Source of the DNA: Ruditapes philippinarum
Lineage: Eukaryota
NCBI RefSeq assembly: GCF_026571515.1
Contig: NW_026853344.1
Coordinates: 1 to 64,000 of the forward strand
Length of the DNA: 64,000 nucleotides
Direction of reading: 5' to 3'
Position 1 is the stretch's first letter. Every line of letters begins with the position of its first letter. The notes beneath the pieces were generated by a model. The model saw only the letters and a program-made list of their open reading frames with translations, did no database searches and was not told the DNA's origin. The position numbers and the translations under genes were made by a program. Positions 37,862-50,000 of this stretch are shown in pieces.

Positions 37862-39138
37862 CTGTGATGAGCTACAAAAGACATTTATTCTTTACCTTGG
37901 TTACTATCATTGTATTTTTTCTGGCAGTGACTCAGTTCTTCGAGAGACATATGACGTTAGAGTTATTGAAATGTAGAACGAAATATGTTGATGGAAATAA
38001 TGGTAGTTATAAATTGCTGTGGAATAATTTATCTCTGTCAAAGCAAGCGACATTCAACATCAAAGACTTCCTAACATTAGATCTAGCACACAATCCAGAA
38101 GAAAGTAATAAACTTTCTCCATTACTTACAAAACGGTCAGCTGTAATTGACGAAGCTCAGAGAATTCACATGAATATTTTCAAGTCCCTGTTGGGCGGGT
38201 ATAAGTATGCAATTCTATTCGATCTAACTCCCTCGGAAAACAAAGGTGACTCGGCGATTACTGTTGGAGAAATATTGCTTTTGAGGAAACTCAAAATCGA
38301 AATTGTGTTTGCATGCAAATATTTTGCTGCGGATTATCAGTTTGAAAGAGCTTACAACATCAGTAAAACATATTCAAGTAAAGATCTTGTCATTCTTTTT
38401 AATGGTGGCGGAAATGTCATTGGTTGGCATGAGGCGGACGTTGCTCGTAGTAAACAAATAGCAAGATTTATGCAGTTCAATATTGTCATGTTTCCACAAA
38501 GTATTTTGATGATGGGAGGTGATTCCCTCATAAAATTTTGCCAGAAAATATATGCATCTCATCCGAGACTTACCTTTCTATGGCGAGATAAGGTATCTTT
38601 TGAGCTTGGAAAGAAGCTCTTCCCTAAGGTACGGTCGTTATTATCACCAGATCTTGCCTACCAGATTGGTTTCGTTCCTCGTTTCATGCATCCAACGTTT
38701 GATATACTTTGGATAAAGCGCACCGATAAAGAGTCTCCACACTACAATACACCGGCAGCTCCGGAAGGATATCGTATGAATGTTTCTGATTGGTTGATGT
38801 GGAAAACCCCGCGTGGGGACTCGCCAATGGAAAACATTTTTCTTATGACAACAAATGGAATGATGTTTTTACAGAGAGGTCGAGTAGTTATCACTGATCG
38901 TCTTCACGGTCATATTCTATCAACTCTTCTCAATATCCCCCACATATATATTGATAACAAACAACGTAAAATATCTAACTATCACACCACATGGACTGCT
39001 GGCTTAGATAATGTAGTTTTAGCAAATTCTAGTATTGACGCAGTTGAAAAAGCAAAGGAATTGCTGATAAAACTGGATAAAGAATTACCTTCAGTTAAAG
39101 GATATTTCATAAATAAAGTAAGAAAAGACAATGCATAA
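37862..39138 (+). CDS. Polysaccharide pyruvyltransferase exon, copy 5
   Basis: Open 424-aa ORF with motifs intact and a short C-terminal extension through a lost stop. Acceptor at 37861. Confidence 0.9.
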
Positions 39139-40280
39139 GAGGACAACAAGCTAACGATATGAAATTAACACTATAATTAAAATGTTTTATACTAAAATGT
39201 CAGTAACAAAAGGAACTACTGCAGTTTAAGAAGCTTTATGCACAAATATAATAAGCACAGATGAGAATTGTATATTTTCAAAATGTTTTCATTTTTGTAT
39301 TAACAAACATGTACCAGATATGTCTATAAAATGTTTCTAAAATAAATGATTCAAACAAAAAAAAACCCATAAGCATTCGAAAGGTCTGATATATCCCCTT
39401 TCACAGTAAATGTTATAACCTTTGACCGACCTAAGTATTACCTTGACCTTAAAAGAAACAAGCTGGTTTTTGAGTTCTGCACATCATCTCATACTGGCTT
39501 TCATTTGTTCCATGTGATTTTAAAACTTCTTTAGCAAGCTAAAGGTAATTCATATAGGATATAAAAAGTGGATTTTTATATTTTACCTTAAGACATTGCT
39601 TTGAACTTGGGATAGCGACCTGTTACATCGTTCAATAATGATGATCAAATGTGCCTAGGAAATTTTAAAACTTTTCTTTGAAGTGGAGAAGTAATGTTTT
39701 TTGTTTTTTTTGTTTTTTTTATAAATTTGATAATTAATATTGTACTTGGTCTTGGGGGTGCAAACTTGTTGCTTGCGCTCTTCACGTCGTCTCGTAATGG
39801 TGAGCATTGAACTGTTATAATGTTGTGGAGCGGACACGAAATATTACAGACGGACAGACTGATAGACCAGACGGAAGCAATTCCTATAGTCACTCCTCCA
39901 CTACGCGGCAGGGGATTATTAAACATTTGAAAATGCGAATGATTCTGACTACATAGCAAACAGTAGATTATAATTAGCTTAGAATACAACACTATCTATC
40001 GGTGTATTGTTGTTCATTGGCAAAATAAGTTTATGTTTCTACCTTTTGTTCAAATAGATGATTCTTTGTCGTGATTATAGATATTTACTCAATAAGCAAA
40101 CCCATTTAACGAGAAATATGTGTACGCTTCCCAAAACCATTTGAAATCATTTCTTTGTGGACAAATGATAACATGATTAGCTGGGCAATGTGCTAATTGA
40201 AAAGACTAGAGTGACCTTTTTACAGTTTAGAGTATAATTATCTGGATACAATAAAACGAGTAGCATCCATCATGTTGAAC

Positions 40281-41235
40281 TTATAGATCTTTTTACAATA
40301 CGATTTTCCATAGCAACGAATGTTGCATTTCGCGCATGCGCATTATGCGTAGGGCAAAACGCAATAACGATGTCTACAGTTAATCATACTTTAAGGCTTT
40401 AATAGATGCGACTTCATGTTATGTCACCCAAAAAATACTAATTTTGGGATGACTTAAGGCGTAAAGTAAATATCATGATATAGTTAATCAGTTACGCTTA
40501 TTAAAATGGTAATTTATGTAACTTTTAAATATACCGATCAATGTTTATGGATTTTGAGAAGAGAAAAATTGTGTGAAGTGCATTATTAAAAATAACATGT
40601 ATTACGAAAAAAGGGGATAAAATGTGTGTTCATTATATATCTTCCAAACAACCCATCTTAATTTCTAAAGATTTTGAAAAAAAATTAATTATTTAAAATC
40701 TATTTATGTAACTTAAATTTTTCTGTTTGCATCACAGGCAAATCGGATAAAGGATATAATCAGCTAGGTATATTGAACACTAAAAATGCATTATCACATG
40801 TTCTGATATTTTTTCTGAATGATAATTAATCTCGATTTCATGTTATATAATTTCTTTTGTTTTTAAATGAACTATTTCAACAGCAAATAAGTTGACTTTG
40901 CATTTGCTAATAGATATATTTCCACATCTTCTTTAAAAAAATGATCTCAGTGTCAGGTCCGTGATCGTAAATTCTTAAACAAGTATCTTTCCCATGCCTT
41001 TTTATGGCATTCTTCGCCACAAAGCTACAAAGTCATCTATTCTATATTTGTTAAAAGCTATTTAATATAATTTTCTACCGTTTACCTTGAACTAACTCGG
41101 AATTGTCTATGAACTTCTACTATATTTCTATGTAGGGCGAAGCATTTTTGCCCTACGCAGATTGCGCATGCGCAAGACAATTCTAATTCCGGTCGATTTT
41201 TCATAGCAACGGACCGCGTCGTAAAAAGGTCTATA
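40281..41235. mobile_element. Non-autonomous TIR element
   Basis: Ends TATAGATCTTTTTACAA and TCGTAAAAAGGTCTATA, with subterminal inverted GCGCATGCGCA..TGCGTAGGGCAAAA / TTTTGCCCTACGCAGATTGCGCATGCGC. A related end fragment lies at ~56318-56390. Confidence 0.6.
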
Positions 41236-42996
41236 GTAGCGTAGTTAAGTCAAAAGCAGTGCTACGGGGCTTCTGGGTTGCTTGCATTTTCTATAAATTG
41301 TCATGAATAGATTCAATAAAACCTTGTCTGCGAGTTACAACCATATGTTAACGTTTTTATAATTGCAAATGCTAATCACAAATGACATCCCCTTTTCCAG
41401 ATTTTTGCCTGGTATCGTTGTATACGGAGAGTAACGAAACGCTTTTAAGAATAAAACATATAAGCGTATAAAGAAATTTATTCGAGTAGAAATAGTACAG
41501 GTTACAATAATTGTTAAACAAATATGAAATACATCTTTCTTTCTATCACAAAACATTGTAGTAATTGCATTAACGATCAAACCTTTTTTTCCCTTGGTAA
41601 ATACCTGTGAATCGGTATACACCACGTATTGTTTAAACTTTTCCAAGTTAACATGTTATGGACAGAACTTTGTAATATTCATTACTTTCGCCGAAAGAGA
41701 ATCATACAAAATGGAATGTTTATATACATGTAGATGCCAGGATTGTCAAGACGTTGTTTCTATAATAACGGATATATACATTGAAAGATAATGAAGTATT
41801 AAATGCAAGCGTATTAACGAGTGACATTCCTTTTTATTTTGGGCTAAGGGTGGAAATTTTTAAAAGTGAAGCTACACAAGGTGAAAGGTCAGCAAAAGAA
41901 ATAACGTACTCCTTTATCAATGAACATTGATAGAATCTAACATACATTTTCAATAAATATTATCTCACAAATAATTAACAATTTTTCAATTAAAATCCTA
42001 AAACAAAATGATCGAAAATAAGAAGCAAGAGGTCAAACATTTGATTTAAGTTTCTTATGCCTCATTGCAAAATTCAATTAACACATTGTTAAAACACATA
42101 TATAAAGAAACCTAAGGAAAAACAACACACTATCCAACTGAAAAGATTTTGAAAATAGATTTTAAGAATTGTGTAAATAATAAATGTAATTTAACATATT
42201 TAAAAGATAGTCTTCGAAAAAAGTGGGCTACCAAATGTTGGTGAAGAATACTGTACAAATAGGAGAAGAGGTAATGCATAGATTCTACAGTTTGAATGAG
42301 ATATGTAATACCTGGTTGTAAGTTGATGATGTAAATGAATCTCTTCATTTTATTTTCCGGCACGAAAAATTCGGTTAAAAAATTCTTTATTGCAAACCGA
42401 TGTGCTACTGACTACATTTGTAACTTACTGAATGCGAAAAAGAGTCCACTTTACTCTTTAATTGCATAAACTCTGCTCAAAACAAAGACTGACCGATCTG
42501 TGGTATCGAATACCATCGGTGCTTTAAGCGCTTTGATTAAGCTCTTGCTTGTGCTAATATGCTGTATATTTGAACAATCCTGGATGAGGGTGCAACTCTT
42601 TTCATGTATATCAAATGTTAAATAAGTAAGTAGTAAATATGATTTTAAGAATTGACAGGCGGAAGATTTATGTATGTTAGAAAAATACTGGAGATCGTGT
42701 ATTTTTTTTAAAAATTATTTGGCCTATTTTTATCAAAACTACTACGCCATTACAACTCCCCCCCCCCCCTATAATCTTTAACATAACTTTTAATTTATCA
42801 AACAAGTTTGATTCAACATTATATTTTTGTAAACATAAAGTCTAAAGTTAATATGTACATCTATATGGGATATTCTCTTCTATCAATGAAAGACATTTTC
42901 AGAGTTTTGATTTCCGCTCTAAAGGTATATACAAGAAAAACTATTTTCTTTGTTAAGTCATTGAAGAACTTTGATAAACTGATAAGAAATGGTACC

Positions 42997-43326
42997 TTTT
43001 TTTTTAATGCGTTTATTTAAGGTCGCCGCCGGAAGGCCCATATGGGCGACCGTACACTCAAGTCGGGCCATCCTAGAGCGTCCCGCCGAGATTTTTTTCG
43101 TCGATTTTTTCAAGCTTTATTGGTGGAGGAAGACCCCAGGTGCCCCTCCGGGCATTATTTCAGGCACGAGCGGTCACCTGGGTAGAACCACCGACCTTCC
43201 GTTAGCCAGCTGAATGGCTTCCTCACATGAAAGATTTCGACCCGAGTGAGGATCGAACCTACAGCGGTGAGGGACCTGTGATCTCAAGTCAGCGACCTTA
43301 ACCACTCGGCCACGGAGGCCCCACAT
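42997..43326 (-). mobile_element. Full-length tRNA-derived SINE with poly(A) tail and 12-bp TSD
   Basis: Minus-strand head GGCCTCCGTGGCCGAGTGGTTAAGG...GGTTCGATCC and an A-tail. AGAAATGGTACC is duplicated at 42985-42996 and 43327-43338. Related fragments at ~49620-49800 and ~56550-56770. Confidence 0.85.
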
Positions 43327-43743
43327 AGAAATGGTACCAACTGCTCGTCATTGCATTGGTTACGTCACGCTTTGCTTCTTTAACCAATAACACCATCAGT
43401 ATGAATCACGTGAGTTATGATATCACGTGGTCATTCAAAAGGAAATGGTATATCTCGAGCCTGATTTAGGTATTAAAGCACCCTATATGTATTTACATTC
43501 GTAAATGAAGAAGATTTCAAAAAAGTAGAACTTAACTGTTAACTACATTAAAACTGAAAAAATTTCAATCTTTGCAGAGGACGTTTAACTTTTAATGAAT
43601 TTTCTTGGTCTTATTTTTTTTATAATTATTGAATGATATTTATGGTTTGAAAAACAATTACACCTGAGTGAATTTGTTCAAATAATGGTACTCGTCATAA
43701 TACAGTCATTTCAAAAATATACAGTCATATAAAATATGATCAA

Positions 43744-43956
43744 ATTTGAGCCACGCCATGACAAAACCAACATAATGCGCTTGCGACCAGCATGGATACA
43801 GACCAGCCTGCGCAGTCTGATCAATATCCATATTGTTCGCTATCAGTTTCTTTACTTTTTATAGGGTTTATCAGCGAACAGCATGTATACAGGCTGGTCT
43901 GAATTCATGCTGGTCGCAAACGCGTTATGTTGGTTTTGTCATGGCGTGGCTCATAT
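43744..43956. mobile_element. Palindromic MITE, family copy 1
   Basis: TIR TGAGCCACGCCATGACAAAACCAACAT... / ...ATGTTGGTTTTGTCATGGCGTGGCTCA. Confidence 0.8.
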
Positions 43957-44088
43957 AATTATTATTCTACTTCAGTTCAATGCAACATCGGCAGGACAAT
44001 ACGAAATGTAGGTATTTCTGGCAGTACAATATTGCTTTTAACATTACACATATTTATAAGCATAGAAATAAGGCCCCGAAGTGAGACT

Positions 44089-47000
44089 TCAGATCAGTAC
44101 GGCCGTATTCTGTATGCGCTCAGTCGTCTCCTTGATACGCACTGTTCTCCCACTCCCATAATCCTCTGTTGCAGACATAAGTTTATATTTCATACGGGTG
44201 TTCCGTGCTCGAACATGATCGTTTTCTATTTCCGTGGTACAGCTGCTGGGGAACCAGCCCCTCTCACCGTCCCTGATTCTCTCACCCTCAAACATCCCTG
44301 AAATGTAAAAGGTGTTTGTGTGTTATTTTTGTCATTGTTGTTGTTTACCCCTGCCCCACCCCCTCTCCACCCCCGAAAAAAAAGTATGCGGCTCGGGATA
44401 TATTTCCAAACAACCATTTATATAGGGCCATATAACCTTTCAAAAATAATGATATAAGGCTTAAAAGTTCTTCTATTAATCCTTCAGCTAACGGAACTGA
44501 GAGTGAACCAGTTAAAATGCTAGACCCAATTTAAAAACATCAGTGTAGTTTGACCCAACTCTACATCCTGATTCACTGATACCAGATTATTTTGATGATT
44601 GATACATTGGTAAATCATTTCTTGCATTTTGATGTTGAAATCCACTAATTTTCAAATAGACTGTTCCAAATTCAAAGCAGGTCGAATCCATGACACACTG
44701 AGCAGGTTAACACTTACCGTCCTTAAGTTTTTTGAACACATTGACAACATCTGACAGTTCCAGTGTCAATTCATCCGGTTCCTTAGCAACGTATCTTTTA
44801 ACGCATCTCACTTGTGGACAGTCTATAAATAGATCAATGCATATTAGAAGCACAACAATCTCACTTGCTGACATTCCATAAATAGATCAATGCATATTAG
44901 AAGCACAACAATCTCACTTGCTGACATTCCATAAATAGATCAATGCATATTAGAAGCACAACAATCTCACTTGCTGACATTCCATAAATAGATCAATGCA
45001 TATTAGAAGCACAACAATCTCACTTGCTGACATTCCATAAATAGATCAATGCATATTAGAAGCACAACAATCTCACTTGCTGACAGTCTATAAATAGATC
45101 AATGCATATTAGAAGCACAACAATCTCACTTGCTGACAGTCTATAAATAGATCCATGCATATTAGAAGCACAACAATCTCACTTGCTGACATTCCATAAA
45201 TATATCAATGCATATTAGAAGCACAACAATCTAACTTGCTGACAGTCTATAAATATATCAATGCATATTAGAAGCACAACAATCTAACTTGCTGACAGTC
45301 TTTGAATAGATCAATGCATATTAGAAGCACAACAATCTCACTTGCGGCAGTCTTTAAATAGATCAATGCATATTAGAAGCACAACAATCTCACTTGCTGA
45401 CAGTCTATAAATAGATCCATGCATATTAGAAGCACAACAATCTCACTTGCTGACAGTCTATAAATAGATCCATGCATATTAGAAGCACAACAATCTCACT
45501 TGCTGACATTCCATAAATATATCAATGCATATTAGAAGCACAACAATCTAACTTGCTGACAGTCTATAAATATATCAATGCATATTAGAAGCACAACAAT
45601 CTAACTTGCTGACAGTCTTTGAATAGATCAATGCATATTAGAAGCACAACAATCTCACTTGCGGCAGTCTTTAAATATATCAATGCATATTAGAAGCACA
45701 ACAATCTCACTTGCTGACAGTCTATGAATATATCAATGCATATTAGAAACTTGTGGGCAGTTAAGTGTATACATTAAAAGATTTAAGCACTTCTTTCCTT
45801 AAAATTACAACTTTTCAACATATGCAAAAATTTCTTTAACGCCGTAAGGAATAGGTAATATTAATTTAGAGGATAAAAATAGTAAACTCTGCCATAATTT
45901 GTATAAAACATTCAAAGACTCAATTAATATGTTTCTTTAATATTCAATCATCCGTAGGCTTGCTCCTTTAACAACTATCTGCTGTTATTTTTCATTTATT
46001 TCATTGATTGATACATTGATACGTTATTGTTATGACTGATTCACTGAAACGTTATTTTGATGATTGATACATTAAAACCTTAGTTTGATGATTGATACTT
46101 TGATATGTTATTGTTATGATTGGTACATTGATACGTTATTTTGATGATTGATACATTAAAACCTTAGTTTGATGATTGATACTTTGATATGTTATTGTTA
46201 TGATTGATACATTGATACGTTATTTTGATGATTGATACTTTGATACGTTATTTTGATGATTGATACTTTGATACGTTATTTTGATAATTGATACATTGAT
46301 ACGTTATTTTGATGATTGGTTCATTGATACGTTATTTTGATGATTGATACTTTGAAACATTATTGTTATGATTGATACATCGATACGTTATTTTGATGAT
46401 TGATACATTAATACGTTATTTTTACGATTTATATATTGATACAGAACTTGATTAACCTTTGCAATCAGTCTAGATCCAGACCCAAGGGCCCCACCCCCTC
46501 CGAACACCCCAAACCGTTTTACCAGGCTGTTTGCTGTTGGTAGTTCAATTTTATTAATGAAATCCCATAAACTTTAGACTGTGCAAATGTAAAGCAAATT
46601 CGTCTAAAATATTCATAATGTTCAAAGAAAATAATATCATTTTTCATATTGACAAGTTGACATGAAATGCAACAGATTTAAAAATGAAAACAACATAACA
46701 ACAATGCAACATCTTTAATCTTGATTTGTCCTTGTCATGTTTTGTATGTATTCTTGCTAAAATCAATTACAAACAAACAAACAAACGATCATGGGATCGA
46801 TTTCAATGTTAATGTAAGTAGTACCTTACCCCAGTTCTCATAAATCTGTTCATTCTCGGTCACTTTAATTGGTGTTAGAGCTTCAACCCATCTTGCCCGA
46901 TCACTCCTGCAAGTATAAATAGATTAAGTAGTCCGTGATAAACCCAAAACAACAAAAACAACAACGAAAAACAACAACAACAACAAAAGCACACACAACT

Positions 47001-50000
47001 TGTATTAATACAAAATATTCTGGGGAGGGAAAGGCCACCAGGAACAAACGAAAATGAGGATAAATATTTGAAAGTCACGGGTTTGATTGAGTCTGTTTAA
47101 TGAAACAAGCTAGGGCAGTATTTGAACTTTGAAATTTCAAGTGTTTCTATCTATAATCCCGAAGGACATTAAAATTCAACAACAATACAGTGAGTGATGA
47201 AGTACAGGGCAACATTTTACAAATGAAACACAAAACAGGGCACCTTTTTACAAATGTCACACAATACAGGGCATTTTTTTTACAAACGTAACATAATACA
47301 GGGCAACTTTTTACAAATGCCACACAATACAGGGCAAATATTTTTATAAACGTTACACAATACAGGCTAATACCTTTTTACAAATGTCACCTTTACAGGG
47401 CAATTTTTTATAAACGTAACACAGTACAGGGCAAAACATATTTTTTACAAATGTTACACAATACAATGCAAAACATTTTACAAATGTGACACAATACAGG
47501 GCAAAACTTTTTAATAACGTAACACAATACAGGGCAACTCTTTACAAATACTAAATACCTGCTGTGGACTTGCAAACTCAGTTTTACTGAATTGAATATG
47601 TTTAAATTTTAGATTAAGGAGTTATTTAGGTTGTTTCTGAATTCATGCGGTGATAGAAGATGTGTAATTTGTCGAACTGATGATACTTTGATAAACTTAC
47701 TATATCCTTTAACAATGTGGAATTTGTGTAATAGATTTTCTCAGCTTTGAATTTGAAACAGCTGATTCAAAGTTTAAGGAATACGTTCCACCCACAGTAT
47801 AAAGTCTGTTGGCAAAGGATTATCGCATTTGATTCCAGCGGGTTGGAGACTTGGTACAAATATATAACGATTGTCACATCTTTCAGAACGAAATGGTCTT
47901 GAATGAACTCCCTTATCAGAATTATTTTGTCCTCCCTTGATCAGAGTTATTATGATCTCCCTTTATCAGCTCCCCTTATCAGAGTTATTATGATTTCCAC
48001 GTATCAGAGTTATTGTGATCTCCCGTTATCATAATTATTATAATCTCCCCTTTATCATAGTAATTACGATCTCCCCTTATCAGAGTTATTATAATCTCTC
48101 CTTATCAAAGTTATTATATATGTACGTTTGCTTATGATAATGAACACATGTTTCATTGCTTTTCAAAGATGTAGAGTAAACATATGGCGCTGAAAATAAC
48201 AATGCTGATACAGTTTCATGGCCATCTATACTTGAATGTCGTCTGTCATTTTTATTATTTAAAACAACAGTGAAGTGGAAAACATAAAACATCACTCAAG
48301 GCAAAACATTGTCACAGACGTTGAATGTGTATGATGACATTTGAATCAATAATCTTCAAGGAAAAAGATACAATTAACATCATTGAACAGATTTGAAACA
48401 AGGGGAGATTTTTCACAACCGCCACACACCACTTAATACCCTTTGCAATAAGTAAATAAGTTCCAAGGGGGGGGGGGGGGTTCATTCCTCGACGGCTATA
48501 AACAATATAAGTCTATAATAACATAATAAGTCTATAGCACTTGAGAAAATACTTAATAACTGTGAATTTGTGATTTTTAGTCAAAAACGATTGCATTGTT
48601 ATTTTTGTATAAAGCTTAAAGAAAAGGGTCTCTTCTCAAACAAATACTAGGACGATGTCCCACCGCTCTCTACTTATGTTCACAATGCAATAATAATCTC
48701 TCTTAGCCTGCTTAGAACGAAAAAAAGTCTTCCTTGGCAACTTGATACCTGACAAAAATATTCCGAGTACCAAAGCGCCTTGTCAGGCCAGGTTCCAAAG
48801 AACAGGATGGGTGATCATGTGACATTTATTTACGGTAACATTAGATCACCGCTCATGGCCGCGCCTATGACTTAAAAGGGATTTACTATTTTTTCGTTTT
48901 TTCGTTATATCTTTCAATATTTGAGTAACAAAAAATATACTATTATCCAGCCAAAAACGAAATAACCAAAAGGTGGCAAATACCTTTTGATTTATTCTCG
49001 CGGCCATTAGCGGTAACCCAATGTTACCTAGCCCAACAAATTGTGCGTTTTATGGCTTTTTATTATATAGACGATGGTCGTAAAGACAGACATCTATGAA
49101 ATACCAGATTATAAAATCGGTCGATCTTGCAGTCGAAATATTGAGACTAAAGGTTACCTGTTACTATGAGCTTTTTGACATCGTCGGATTTTGAAAAAAA
49201 TGACGACAAAGTGCAAAAATTAAGCAGACAATATTTGAAGCAGACGACAAATGCAAATGACTAATAATAACATACGCAGAATCACAGGAAAAGACGTCTT
49301 CCACTTGTTTCTTCTCACAGTTCTCCAGTGTAACCAGTAGGAATAAATTGCTGCAACCGCTCGGAACACCAAGGGGCAGTACTCGTGTATACTTATCAAC
49401 ACTGTCAATTTCTTCAATAAGCAGTTTGTTACGCTTAGCATAATCTATGACTTTGTAACGCTCGCTGGAAAATAGAACAAAAACACGTGGTTAAATTGGG
49501 GTAAAGCATTAAGAGTGTTAATTTTTTTAGTCAATGATATCAGAAAAAAATCTTTAATGTCTGGAATTCTTAGCGTTATTTCCGTATGTTTGTTACATGG
49601 TCACTGTAAAAGGTCATAAGGTCACTTTCCATCTTTGATTTTTGGTGTCCTTTCGTGAATATTTTTACATACAAGCGGAAACCTGAATAGAAAATCCGGT
49701 CTCTCGTAAGCTAACTGGAAAGCTTCCTCACAAGAGAGAATCCAAAGTTCCTGACAAGATTCGAACCTACAGCGGCTCGCGATCGGCTCGTCATTATGGC
49801 AACAATCATGCTGGTCACAGTGCTCGTCGTAAAACACAATTAAAACACAAGGCATTACTGTTTCGTGTATACATTTATAAAAATGGGTTAAAATAAATGT
49901 TTGTTTCATGGCTGTACTTAATGCGTTGTTAAATACATGTTTGTCTCCGGAAATAATGCATAAGTATATCAGTTAAATTTTTATAGCTATCTAAAAGTTT

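Larger units (their letters stand above)
9300..40080 (+). repeat. Tandem segmental duplication, four ~5.5-6.5-kb units (copies 2-5) of the transporter-pyruvyltransferase gene plus flanks
   Basis: The same non-coding blocks recur in order: GCATATCTCGCCCCCTTAGCCTCG (~9675, ~16550, ~34645), CATGAGCACATCTGCGGATAT, GAGGAGCATTCAATG, and the post-gene CCCACTACGCG. Unit boundaries are approximate. Confidence 0.85.

Noticed and set aside
4265-39138. Bacterial contamination or a prokaryotic operon (transporter plus EPS pyruvyltransferase)
   Set aside because: Conserved GT-AG intron, interleaved animal TEs and contiguity with a multi-exon RhoGEF gene.
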